From an uncultured beta proteobacterium (GTDB lineage Bacteria; Pseudomonadota; Gammaproteobacteria; Burkholderiales; Casimicrobiaceae), in NCBI GenBank assembly GCA_963783525.1, contig CAWAOF010000033.1, positions 309,624 to 373,623 of the forward strand: a stretch of 64,000 bases of DNA, in the 5' to 3' direction. Position 1 is the stretch's first letter; every line of letters begins with the position of its first letter. Shown here one piece after another: positions 1 through 7,778 of the stretch. The translations under genes were made by a program, and so were the position numbers. The notes beneath the pieces are model-generated. The model did not search any database and was not told the DNA's origin. It saw nothing but the letters and a program-made list of their open reading frames with translations.

Positions 1-594
1 CGGACATCGTGAGCGCCTCCTCCTGGTCGTGGGTGACGTAGAGCACCGTTACGCCGAGCTGCGCGTGGATGCGCTTCAGCTCGAACTTCATCTGCTCGCG
101 CAGGTTCTTGTCGAGCGCGCCGAGCGGCTCGTCCATGAGCAGCAGGTCGGGGTCGAACACGAGCGCGCGCGCGAAGCGCCACGCGCTGCTGCTGTCCGCC
201 GGAGAGCTGCTTCGGCAGGCGCGCTTCGAAACCGTCGAGGCGCACGAGGCGCAGCGCGCCGCGCACCTTCTCCTCGATGACCGCGCGCGGCTGCCTCCGC
301 ATCTTGAGCGGGAAGCCGACGTTGTCGGCGACGGTCATGTGCGGAAAGAGCGCGTAGTTCTGGAACACGACGCCGATGTTGCGCCGTTCGGGGGCGAGGC
401 CGGCAATCGAGCGGTCGTTGAGCCGGATGTCACCCGCCGGACGGCGACGTGAATCCGGCGACCATCATCAGCGTGGTGGTCTTGCCCGAGCCGGACGGCC
501 CGAGCAGCGTGAGGAACTCGCCTGCCTCCACCTCGAGGTCGAGCGCGTCGACGGCGATCTGGTTCGGATAGCGCTTGGTCAGGCGGGACAGCAT
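1..594 (-). CDS. ABC transporter ATP-binding protein (PotA/CysA-type), N-terminal 198 codons; C-terminus lies beyond window start; one frameshift near 445
   Basis: Minus-strand translation gives the Walker A motif GPSGSGKTT. After a single frame change at about 445 it continues ...[36 protein letters not shown]...[15 protein letters not shown]...[12 protein letters not shown] (Q-loop, ABC signature, Walker B). The ORF track shows only the 83-aa N-terminal piece (430..681), whose true Met (MLSRLTKRY) is at 594. Confidence 0.6.
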
Positions 595-1198
595 GAGGCG
601 GCCGCTCCGCGACGCACGGCGCTGGCAGGTTTCCGGTACCGCCTCCTCGCTCACCACGGTGGCTCCACTCCTGCGCGCCACCTCGCTGGCGCCAGCCGTG
701 ATTGTGCAACAGACGGCGGAGCTTGGTCCATACGGACACCCGAAGGGCTGAACCGCCTCGGCTTTTCCGACGAATCCGGGTCGGTGCTCCGGTCGCCGCG
801 TCGTGGCGTTGGATTTGCTATCCGTACCGTCCGGTTCCTAGCTCTCGAGCCTCCGCTCTTGGCAGTCCTGAACTTCCGCTTGGGTCGACAACGGCCTGTC
901 GTTCGGTTGGTGGGACCCATTGCGGTCGGATTGGGTCTCCGTTACTCGATGCCGACCGCGCATGACCGCGGGACCGCGGCTGGACCCTTAGGACCGGCGG
1001 ACCGGGAGTCCGCCGGTTGGACCAACATATTGGGGGGCTTGGCAAGCAGGTTTCAATTTAGGTATCTCCTGCGCCAGCCTGACTAAGCATGCGACTACGT
1101 CTCGCTGCGGTCGCGATTGCGACCCATTACTCGGCAGCCGCAGGACGGAGACCACGACGGTTGCTACGCCAGCTCCTGCGCAATCTTGGTTCGGCAGA

Positions 1199-1639
1199 TC
1201 ACATCAGGAACGTGCCACGGACCAGCGCCTTCGCAGCACTAACCGCGGCTACGATCCCGCAATCTAGCGCCTCCTCCGGCTCCCACCCGGTCGCGACAGC
1301 GTCGCCACCGAGGCAAAACATGGCTGCATTGTTTTGCTCCCATGCCCAGAGGAGGTAGAACTGCGCAGGCGTCAAGTCGTTGAGCGCACCGTCTTCGATT
1401 TCCGGCCACGGCAAAGGCCATTGCCGCAGCATCGCCGCAAAGCCAATGTATGCATCCGAAAGATATGGCCCGCGGTAGTTCGCAACAAATATTTCATAAT
1501 CAACAGACAGCTCTGTTGCGGCATCGTCCAGTGCCGACTTCGTCAATCCACTGATCAACATGATCATAGATCCAGTTGCGTCGTAAATGGACCCGTACCC
1601 TGGATTGGTTCCGAGTACGATTGGTTTGCGGGAGCTCAT
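1199..1639 (-). CDS. hypothetical protein (146 aa), island cargo
   Basis: ORF with protein-like composition (W, Y, F, N; MSSRKPIVLGTNPGYGSIYDATGSMIML...). The opposite-strand frame (1334..2032) is Arg/Cys-rich junk. Local GC is slightly lower than the surroundings. No family recognised. Confidence 0.5.
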   Translation of the reverse strand: MSSRKPIVLGTNPGYGSIYDATGSMIMLISGLTKSALDDAATELSVDYEIFVANYRGPYLSDAYIGFAAMLRQWPLPWPEIEDGALNDLTPAQFYLLWAWEQNNAAMFCLGGDAVATGWEPEEALDCGIVAAVSAAKALVRGTFLM

Positions 1640-1669
1640 GTTCTTTCCCCTGTTTTCATCGGCTTTCCA

Positions 1670-1981
1670 TTACAGCGTATCGGTCTCCTGGCCGGCCTGA
1701 TCGTCCCGTGCTGGCGCAACGTCGCGTGGTGGTCGCGACGTTATGGCAGTGGAAGCCGGCGGCGGCACCGAAAGAGTGTCTTGTTCCCATTGCTCGATTG
1801 TTGCCGCGTCTTCAGGCAGCACCAAGAGGCACCCGATTCCCGCGAGGCGCCCTGCGCGATCTGCTGCCGCGATCAAGCCAGGGATCGAATCGCGGTCAGC
1901 GTAGACGATCAAGCCGCAGCTCACTCTCGATCGTGCGGCGCGTTCAAGCCGCTCAAGTCGATCAATTGCGCTCGAGCGCAT
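1670..1981 (-). CDS. hypothetical protein (about 103 aa)
   Basis: ORF separated by 31 nt from the downstream 146-aa gene and overlapped 20 nt by the upstream 96-aa gene (translational coupling). The C-terminal third is low-complexity and may be read-through. Confidence 0.4.
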   Translation of the reverse strand: MRSSAIDRLERLERAARSRVSCGLIVYADRDSIPGLIAAADRAGRLAGIGCLLVLPEDAATIEQWEQDTLSVPPPASTAITSRPPRDVAPARDDQAGQETDTL

Positions 1982-2252
1982 GCCGTTGTTCCAATGCGGC
2001 GATTCTTACCTCGAATTCGCTATCGACGATAATTCGGCTAAGAGACATCAGCAGGAATCCGCGAGTGTTTGCTTGAGAGCGATCGATCTGCCCTTTCACA
2101 AATAGTCGATACGTGCTGGCAAGCTCGGCACGGACATGGCGCACGGTCGTTAATCGCAGTCGCGCGGGCACTCGGGGAGGGGGTAGCAAATTGCTTGTCC
2201 CATCCGAAGGTTGCGTAAGGTCTAGCTCACCAGTTCGCGTTGAATTATTCAC
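1962..2252 (-). CDS. hypothetical small protein (<=96 aa)
   Basis: ORF whose C-terminal half has a helical-looking sequence (...YRLFVKGQIDRSQANTRGFLLMSLSRIIVDSEFEVRIAALEQRHALERN). The true start is uncertain. Confidence 0.35.
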   Translation of the reverse strand: MNNSTRTGELDLTQPSDGTSNLLPPPRVPARLRLTTVRHVRAELASTYRLFVKGQIDRSQANTRGFLLMSLSRIIVDSEFEVRIAALEQRHALERN

Positions 2253-2693
2253 TTGCTCCCTGTCTTAACGCTTCAAGACCGCGTCGTCGGCTGCAGGTAC
2301 ATTAGCAGCGGAGATTCACTCCGCCGCTTCATAGACCAGGGACGCATGGATCAATCCCCAGCTCGGCAGCGATAGCGATCGCTGCCTGCCTGCGCATCGC
2401 CTCGACGGTCGCGAGCAAATCGGCGGACCATGCGCGCGGCGCGTTCGGTGCCCAGTGCGTGTGTACGGCGCGGATGGCACCCTCACGGGCAGCGACAACG
2501 ACGTCGACCGTCAGCAGCGCGCCCGCGATGCAGTAGTGGACCTTGCGGACGTGATCGCCCGCGTAGGAGCTTCGGCGTCAGCTCAAACGAGCCAGCGATA
2601 GGACCACTGGGCGTGCGGGCGGTCGCTCACGACGTCCCCGCCTTCTTTGCTGCTGCCTTGCGCCGTTCCCAGCGGGCACGAGCGCGGGCATAT

Positions 2694-3365
2694 TCACCGG
2701 GCGCTAGAACCTGTGCGTCGCCTGCATTTTCCGCGGGTAGACTGGCAGAAGCTACAGAGTATGTCCGGACCGCGGACTACGGACGGTCGCGGCGTCAATT
2801 TGCCGATTTCCGAATCCTGCCGTGTAGTTACCTCCGTTTTAACGCAGTCCGCACCGCGGATCGTTTTTGGCTCCCCGTAGTCCGCACCGCGGACTAACTT
2901 CGGTCCTGACCGCGGACTAACCTTAGTCCGCACCGCGGACTTCGTGAATTTCCGTTTCCGCGGCGCATCCTCCGATATCGGTTCGCTTGCCCGCGGTTTC
3001 CATTGCTCGAAATCTTTGGTGGGGCGGATGGCCGCGGTTCCGTTCGTGGCGTCGGGGAAAACCGGCTCGTCGGTGAAACGCACGAGGGAGGCGCGGCGGT
3101 ACGTGTTCGGGCTCGCCTTGCTGGTGTACGCGAGAAAGCCGCGGTCGATCAGAACCGGCAGCATCCGCCGCAACAGGTCGGACGAGTGCCAACCCTTCGG
3201 GCGCAGCGTCGCCAACGTCGCCATGACGCGCCCGTTCCGCGCTGGGGTGAAATCCATCCGCAGCAGAATCCAGAGCCGCAGCGCCGCGGCAGGCAGCGTG
3301 CGGAACGCCTCGCTGCTATAGACGCAGACGTCGATCCGAATGAAGCGCGACCCCTTCGTCTTCAC
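2694..3365 (-). CDS. putative replication initiator / DNA-binding protein with lambda-O-like winged-helix N-terminus; iterons embedded in its 3' coding part (C-terminus uncertain, possible frameshift continuing to about 2632)
   Basis: N-terminus MKTKGSRFIRIDVCVYSSEAFRTLPAAALRLWILLRMDFTPARNGRV... resembles the N-terminal DNA-binding region of phage lambda O and RepA-type initiators (pattern ...LLEA...KVLLAILRKTYGWNK in lambda O). The C-terminal third contains peptide repeats (VRGADYGE / IRGADCVKTE / VVRGPD) produced by the 15-bp DNA iterons. A basic tail ...ARARWERRKAAAKKAGTS lies in another frame just downstream. Confidence 0.35.
   Translation of the reverse strand: MKTKGSRFIRIDVCVYSSEAFRTLPAAALRLWILLRMDFTPARNGRVMATLATLRPKGWHSSDLLRRMLPVLIDRGFLAYTSKASPNTYRRASLVRFTDEPVFPDATNGTAAIRPTKDFEQWKPRASEPISEDAPRKRKFTKSAVRTKVSPRSGPKLVRGADYGEPKTIRGADCVKTEVTTRQDSEIGKLTPRPSVVRGPDILCSFCQSTRGKCRRRTGSSAR
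2763..2940. repeat. Array of five 15-bp inverted-repeat iterons GTCCGCACCGCGGAC (2763-2777, 2847-2861, 2880-2894, 2903-2917, 2926-2940); last three spaced 23 bp
   Basis: Read directly. Two copies are the exact 19-bp TAGTCCGCACCGCGGACTA, two have one mismatch, one is GTCCGGACCGCGGAC. The arms GTCCGC/GCGGAC are reverse complements around an ACC core. Confidence 0.8.
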
Positions 3366-3497
3366 CCTGCACTCTCCCCCGATGGCGCTTTCGCGTCGCG
3401 ATACTTGGCGCGGCTCACGCGTCGCCCTCGCCCCGCCTCGCCTGGATGCGAGACCGTCGCTGAGAGCTTGGATAGGACGTCGGCAGTCACGACAGGG

Positions 3498-3917
3498 TTA
3501 GAACGGAATGTCGTCGTCGAGGCGCGCCGTCCCCGCCCAGGACGTCCTCGACCGTCGTATCTCGATGGGCACCGCGAAGAAGTCGGATGGAAATTCGACC
3601 GGTTCGCCATACGCAATAAACCGTTTGAGGTTTTCGACGATCACGAATGGGTCGTTGATGATGCCTGACTTCACCGCCCTCTCGACATCCTCGTCCGTCG
3701 TCTCTGTGCTCGCGAAGATCACGTGGAGCAATTCGACCACCAACGATCGAAGTTCGGACGGCGGTGTGCCTGGAACGAGCTTCGCCACGTCGGCAGCGAT
3801 TTCGTCGGCGAATAACTCGGGCCGGTCCTCATATAGATGCCGCACGATTGTGGCCAACGTGGCGATCTGGGAAGACTTGCATTCATTGAACATCGCTGCC
3901 TCCTGTGCATTCAACAT
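3498..3917 (-). CDS. hypothetical protein (about 139 aa from MLNAQEA...)
   Basis: Minus ORF 3498..3950 with acidic/helical protein-like sequence (...LYEDRPELFADEIAADVAKLVPGTPPSELRSLVVELLHVIFASTETTDEDVERAVKSGIINDPFVIVENLKRFIAYGEPVEF...). Overlaps the upstream 68-aa gene by 7 nt if it starts at 3917. Confidence 0.45.
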   Translation of the reverse strand: MLNAQEAAMFNECKSSQIATLATIVRHLYEDRPELFADEIAADVAKLVPGTPPSELRSLVVELLHVIFASTETTDEDVERAVKSGIINDPFVIVENLKRFIAYGEPVEFPSDFFAVPIEIRRSRTSWAGTARLDDDIPF

Positions 3918-4117
3918 AGACCCTCCGCATCGGTTATCGTCACGGTGCAACCCGCATGCCTCAACCGTGTGGCGATGCGCTCCGCAGCTGCCTTGCTGTC
4001 GCAGCTCGTGTAGCTCGGGATGGCGTGCTTCGGTCGCAGGACGCGGACCACGTAGCGGCCTAGCAGGCCGCGCAGCGACAGGTCGTCAGCACGCTTGCCG
4101 TGGCGCGGATCGGTCAT
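3911..4117 (-). CDS. hypothetical small protein (68 aa)
   Basis: ORF in a tight overlapping chain (4-nt overlap with the 4114..4362 gene). No family recognised. Confidence 0.3.
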   Translation of the reverse strand: MTDPRHGKRADDLSLRGLLGRYVVRVLRPKHAIPSYTSCDSKAAAERIATRLRHAGCTVTITDAEGLC

Positions 4118-4362
4118 GCCATTACTCGCCTTGCGCGAGCGATGCCAGCCTCGCGGATGACCGCATCAGCCTTGATCGGGTCGACGAACTTGCGCCGCCC
4201 GACGTAGACCAGCGCACCGGCTGCGACTAGCGCTTGCCGGTTCTGCCTTTCCCACCATTCATAGGAATGAATGCTGGGAAAGGCATCGGAGCGGGCGGAT
4301 ACATAGTCCGCCGCTTTCTGCAAACCGTTGATGCTGCACTTCTGCATCGTGACCTCACACAC
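4114..4362 (-). CDS. putative small DNA-binding protein (excisionase/AlpA-like?)
   Basis: 82-aa ORF, ...INGLQKAADYVSARSDAFPSIHSYEWWERQNRQALVAAGALVYVGRRKFVDPIKADAVIREAG. The segment AGALVYVGRRKFVD resembles the wing of Xis/MerR-type excisionases. Weak call. Confidence 0.25.
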   Translation of the reverse strand: MCEVTMQKCSINGLQKAADYVSARSDAFPSIHSYEWWERQNRQALVAAGALVYVGRRKFVDPIKADAVIREAGIARARRVMA

Positions 4363-4484
4363 GCACCAGTTGATCGACGAGGTTTCCAGTCCTCACCAGC
4401 GCCGCCAATTGCCTGCGGCGATGACGTGGATGGTCTCGTTTCAGCGTGAGCGGGGCAACGAGCGCGTCCGCCATAAATGCGGAC

Positions 4485-4983
4485 TTATGAATTTCGGGGT
4501 GGGTCCTCCAAGTCAGCGAGCATCCGCTTCAACGTGGACTCGGGCACTGCCTGTTCTAGCTTGGCATCGGTCGGTGGGGGGGTGACCCATGCGGACAGCC
4601 TCGTCCCGAATCTGCGACCGGAACACCTCAATCCACTTGTTGACTGGCGGTTCGCTGTTGGCGTGCTCCTGCCGCCATTGGGCGCTGAAGCGCTGCCAAT
4701 GCTCGCGGATGAGAAAATGGTCGAAACTGTTGTGGGCATGAGGACGGCCCTTGCCCTGCTGATAGAGTCCGACCCGCTCGAACGCATCAGCGAAGTCGCG
4801 GCGCAGATAGGGCGGGCAGGCGACGCTCGCCTCGACCAAGTAGCGCATCGCCGCATGGCTGCGCCGATCACGAGCTTCCGCGAGCGCATACAGCCATAGA
4901 CCCTCGTCCGATGTGCCCTGCGCCCGTAGGTGGCCGACGATGACGCCCCCCGGATCAATCTTGGTTTGCTTCGCCCGTTTCAC
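4485..4983 (-). CDS. hypothetical protein (about 165 aa), one frameshift near 4560
   Basis: Two overlapping minus frames (4513..4983 and 4485..4958) join into MKRAKQTKIDPGGVIVGHLRAQG...WIEVFRSQIRDEAV / ...PPTDAKLEQAVPESTLKRMLADLEDPPRNS. The start overlaps the integrase stop (4980-4983). Confidence 0.35.
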
Positions 4984-6019
4984 TTGATGTTCCCCAGCAC
5001 TTTGTTGATGAGGTTCGCCTTCGTCTTCGTCGACAAGTGCGCATATCGTTTCGACACACTCAAACTTCGATGTCCTAGAACATTGGCGACTTCCAGCAGC
5101 GATGCGCCGCTCTGCGCTAAGTAGCTGGCGCAGCTGTGGCGCAGGTCGTGGAAACGGAAATTCCGTACGCCTGCATCCTTCAATGCCCGATGCCAGCTCG
5201 TGACGTGGCCGTAGGGTTCATTCTGGCGGCGGCGCGACGCGAACACCAGCGCCGTCGAGGTCGGCGTGGTCAGATGTTTGCGCAGTTCTTCGATGACGGC
5301 TGGCGTCAGCGGCAGGCAGCGCCGGTCCCCGTTTTTCGTCACCTTGGAATGGTGGCGAGGGCGTTGTCGAGATCGATGTCGCACCAGCGGATGCTCTCGA
5401 TTTCGCCGCGCCTTGCGCCGGTGGTGAGACCGAAGAGCACGAACAGATAGAGCTTGTTCCACGGACTGCGCTTGCACTCGAACAACAGCGCTTCCCGCTC
5501 CGCGTCGGACAGGAACCGGACGACCTCGTTGTTCTCCACCTTGCGCTCGATGCGCCGGATTGGATTCTGCCAGCCTAGCGGCGCAATCCGGTTGCGGATG
5601 GCCCATGAGAAGACCGCACCGAGCGCGGCTCCGTATCGGTTGACGGTTGAATTAGCCAGCGGTTTGCGCTTCGCCCGGTAGATCGCCTTGCCTTCGGCAT
5701 CCTCGCCTGCGTAGTACTTCCCGCGTGACTGGGCGAGTGCTTCGAGCGCGTAGAAAATCCGGTCGTCGTCTTCCGTTATATCGGCGAGCCGCAGGTCGCC
5801 AAGGTGGCCGAGCCACCAGCGCAAGCGCTGACCACGCGTGTGGTCGCGCCCGTCATAGGCGGCCATGTATTCGTGGATCGCCTGCGCGACCGTGATCTCG
5901 CCGTTGCGCTCGCGGCGCACGGGCGCTGCCACGGGCTGCGAGGTGCCGGTGGGGGTGTCGCTGGCCGCAGTGCTGGAAATCACTGCGCAGAAAGCGGCGG
6001 ACTGTTTTGACGTTTCCAT
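4980..6019 (-). CDS. int: tyrosine recombinase / phage-type (P4-like) integrase, one frameshift near 5345
   Basis: N-terminal ORF 5339..6019 (SAM-like/arm-binding region, ...LSDAEREALLFECKRSPWNKLYLFVLFGLTTGARRGEIESIRWCDIDLDNALATIPR). C-terminal ORF 4980..5606 has catalytic motifs ...TKNGDRRCLPLTPAVIEEL...HDLRHSCASYLAQSGASLLEVANVLGHRSLSVSKRYAHLS (R..HxxR..Y). The two pieces join by a 1-nt shift. Confidence 0.85.
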
Positions 6020-6102
6020 CTCAGACTCCTGACCGTGGGGTCCGCCTTGAAAACCGGCGGACTAGGTTAGTGAGTCTGGAAACCGCGTCAAATCAACTGG
6101 TT

Positions 6103-6178
6103 TGGCTCCCCGAGCAGGGCTCGAACCTACGACCTGCGGATTAACAGTCCGTCGCTCTACCAACTGAGCTATCGGGGA
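6103..6178 (-). tRNA. tRNA-Asn (anticodon GUU), 76 nt including CCA
   Basis: Reverse complement folds as a cloverleaf. The 7-bp acceptor UCCCCGA/UCGGGGA is fully paired. D-arm is GCUCAGUUGGUAGAGC. Anticodon loop is CUGUUAA. T-arm is GUAGG-UUCGAGC-CCUGC. Discriminator is G, followed by CCA. U1-A72 and the loop match E. coli tRNA-Asn. Confidence 0.9.
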
Positions 6179-6189
6179 ACAAGCCCGCC

Positions 6190-6219
6190 ATTTTACTTTT
6201 CTTCGCGCGTTCGGGTCAA
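6190..6219 (-). promoter_or_regulatory. sigma70-type promoter for tRNA-Asn: TTGACC-N18-TAAAAT
   Basis: On the minus strand: TTGACCcgaacgcgcgaagaaaagTAAAATggcgggcttg followed by the mature tRNA 5' end about 11 nt later. Confidence 0.5.
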
Positions 6220-6289
6220 CCTGCTGTACGAGGCTCAAACATGCCGGCCGCGCCGTGATCCGTGCCACCGCAGCGCGGGGCCGAGACGC

Positions 6290-6859
6290 TCAGCGACCCT
6301 CGATGTGGGGTGCCGCGAGCTTCAGGTAGTGGAACATCGACCACAGCGTCAGGATCGCCGCGATCCACAGCGCGCAACTGCCGAGCCACGGCGTCGACAC
6401 GCCCGGAATCACGTCCTCCCACAGGAGCAGGGCGATGATCGCTGTCATCTGCGCGACCGTCTTGATCTTGCCGATGAACGCGACGGCAACACTCCGGGTC
6501 TGGCCGAGCTGGGCCATCCACTCGCGCAGCGCCGAGATGGCGATCTCGCGGCCGATGATGATGATCGCGAGGTACGCCTCGGCGCGATCCAGCCAGACGA
6601 GGACGATCAGCGCCGCCGCAACCATCAGTTTGTCTGCAACCGGGTCGAGAAACGCGCCGAACGCGCTCACCTCTCCCCATCGCCGCGCGAGGTAGCCGTC
6701 GAGCCAATCGGTGATCGCCGCCACTGCGAAGATCGTCATCGCCGTCCAGTTCGTAGCGACCGGCCCGAGCCAGGCGTCCGGCACGTAATAGACGACAACG
6801 AACACCGGGATGAGGACGATCCGCAGCCAGGTGAGCAGGATGGGAATGTTTGAGAACAT
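6290..6859 (-). CDS. pgsA: CDP-diacylglycerol--glycerol-3-phosphate 3-phosphatidyltransferase
   Basis: 189 aa with CDP-alcohol phosphatidyltransferase motifs (...DWLDGYLARRWGEVSAFGAFLDPVADKLMVAAALIVL...). Confidence 0.9.
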   Translation of the reverse strand: MFSNIPILLTWLRIVLIPVFVVVYYVPDAWLGPVATNWTAMTIFAVAAITDWLDGYLARRWGEVSAFGAFLDPVADKLMVAAALIVLVWLDRAEAYLAIIIIGREIAISALREWMAQLGQTRSVAVAFIGKIKTVAQMTAIIALLLWEDVIPGVSTPWLGSCALWIAAILTLWSMFHYLKLAAPHIEGR

Positions 6860-6941
6860 CGGCCGCGCGCCCGTCAGCCGATTCGCGGCAGAGGCACTGC
6901 ACGATTCTACCGCGCCGCCGATCGCGGCGCCGTCTGCTGCG

Positions 6942-7778
6942 TCAGCGTCCCACCATCGCGAGGACGTCGGCCTTGAGGAAACGCTCGACGACCAGCATGA
7001 AGCCGATCGACGGCACGAGCAGCAGCAGCGCGGTGATCGAGGCGATCTGGTAGTTGCCGCCCATGCTGGCGCTGAACATCAGCAACGGGAGGGTCGTGAC
7101 GTCGGGCACGCCGACGAAATACGTGCCCGTGAACTCGTCGAGCGACTCGAGGAAGACGAATATCGCGCTCGCCATCAGCCCGGGCGCGGCCAGCGGCAGC
7201 GTCACCGTCCGGAAGCAGGTCCACGGCGATGCGCCGAGGTTGCGCGCAGCCTCGTCCAGCGACGCGTCGACCGCCGCAAACGCCGCCGATGCGATCCACA
7301 CGGCGAGCACCAGTCCGTGTGCCGCATGGACGAGCACGACGCCGATCACCTTGCCGTTCAGGCCAACCTCGTAGAACACGCGCGCGATGTTGACGTAGAT
7401 CGGGAGATTCGGCACCGCCTGCGGCAGCAGGAACAGCAGCAGTATGGCGCCGCGCCACGGCAGCCTGAGTCGCGCGAGCGCGTACCCCGCCGGAATCGCG
7501 ACGGCCAGGCTGACGATGACGGTGAGCACGGCGATCCAGACGCTCGTGCCGAGGGAGGCCAGCGCGTTGCCCCGGGGATTGAACACGCGCACCCAGAACG
7601 CCAATCCGAATTCCGACGGCAGCTTGCTCGGGAAATACCATTTCTCGGCGAACGCCCACAGCAGCAGATTCGCCAGCGGCCCGAAGATCGCGAAGGCGAA
7701 GAGCGCGAGCAGCGCGGCGGTCACGAACGCGCCGATCCAGCGCCGCGGCATGCCGAGAACTCCAGCGCCCGCTGTCAT
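6942..7778 (-). CDS. ABC transporter permease (PotC/PotI-like)
   Basis: ORF 6942..8042, true start MTAGAG at 7778 (4-nt overlap with the upstream permease). EAA-type loop ...LDEAARNLGASPWTCFRTVTLPLAAPGL. Confidence 0.85.
   Translation of the reverse strand: MTAGAGVLGMPRRWIGAFVTAALLALFAFAIFGPLANLLLWAFAEKWYFPSKLPSEFGLAFWVRVFNPRGNALASLGTSVWIAVLTVIVSLAVAIPAGYALARLRLPWRGAILLLFLLPQAVPNLPIYVNIARVFYEVGLNGKVIGVVLVHAAHGLVLAVWIASAAFAAVDASLDEAARNLGASPWTCFRTVTLPLAAPGLMASAIFVFLESLDEFTGTYFVGVPDVTTLPLLMFSASMGGNYQIASITALLLLVPSIGFMLVVERFLKADVLAMVGR

Larger units (their letters stand above)
640..6102 (-). mobile_element. Integrative genomic island / prophage-like remnant inserted at the 3' end of tRNA-Asn, carrying integrase, putative replication initiator with iterons, and hypothetical cargo; left boundary not resolved
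   Basis: A tyrosine integrase sits immediately 3' of the tRNA-Asn gene. All island ORFs (1199..6019) are on the minus strand in a near-contiguous, overlapping array. There is a 560-bp non-coding stretch with palindromes at 640-1199. The tRNA-attached integrase layout is the classical signature of integrative elements. No attL/attR direct repeat could be found by eye. Confidence 0.5.

Noticed and set aside
1-640. Treating the frameshifted ABC ATPase fragment as a genuine pseudogene marking island decay
   Set aside because: A single indel with both halves fully conserved matches the window-wide pattern of sequencing errors. It is called a (partial) CDS instead.
2290-2694. Possible small genes or a C-terminal continuation of the initiator (peptides ...PGEYARARARWERRKAAAKKAGTS* and ...RKVHYCIAGALLTVDVVVAAREGAIRAVHTHWAPNAPRAWSADLLATVEAMRRQAAIAIAAELGIDPCVPGL*)
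   Set aside because: No start codon or consistent frame. Given the assembly's indel rate these may be real genes broken by errors, but I cannot reconstruct a supportable ORF, so they are left unannotated.
6062-6268. 68-aa ORF
   Set aside because: It is the translation of the tRNA-Asn gene and its promoter region, not a protein.
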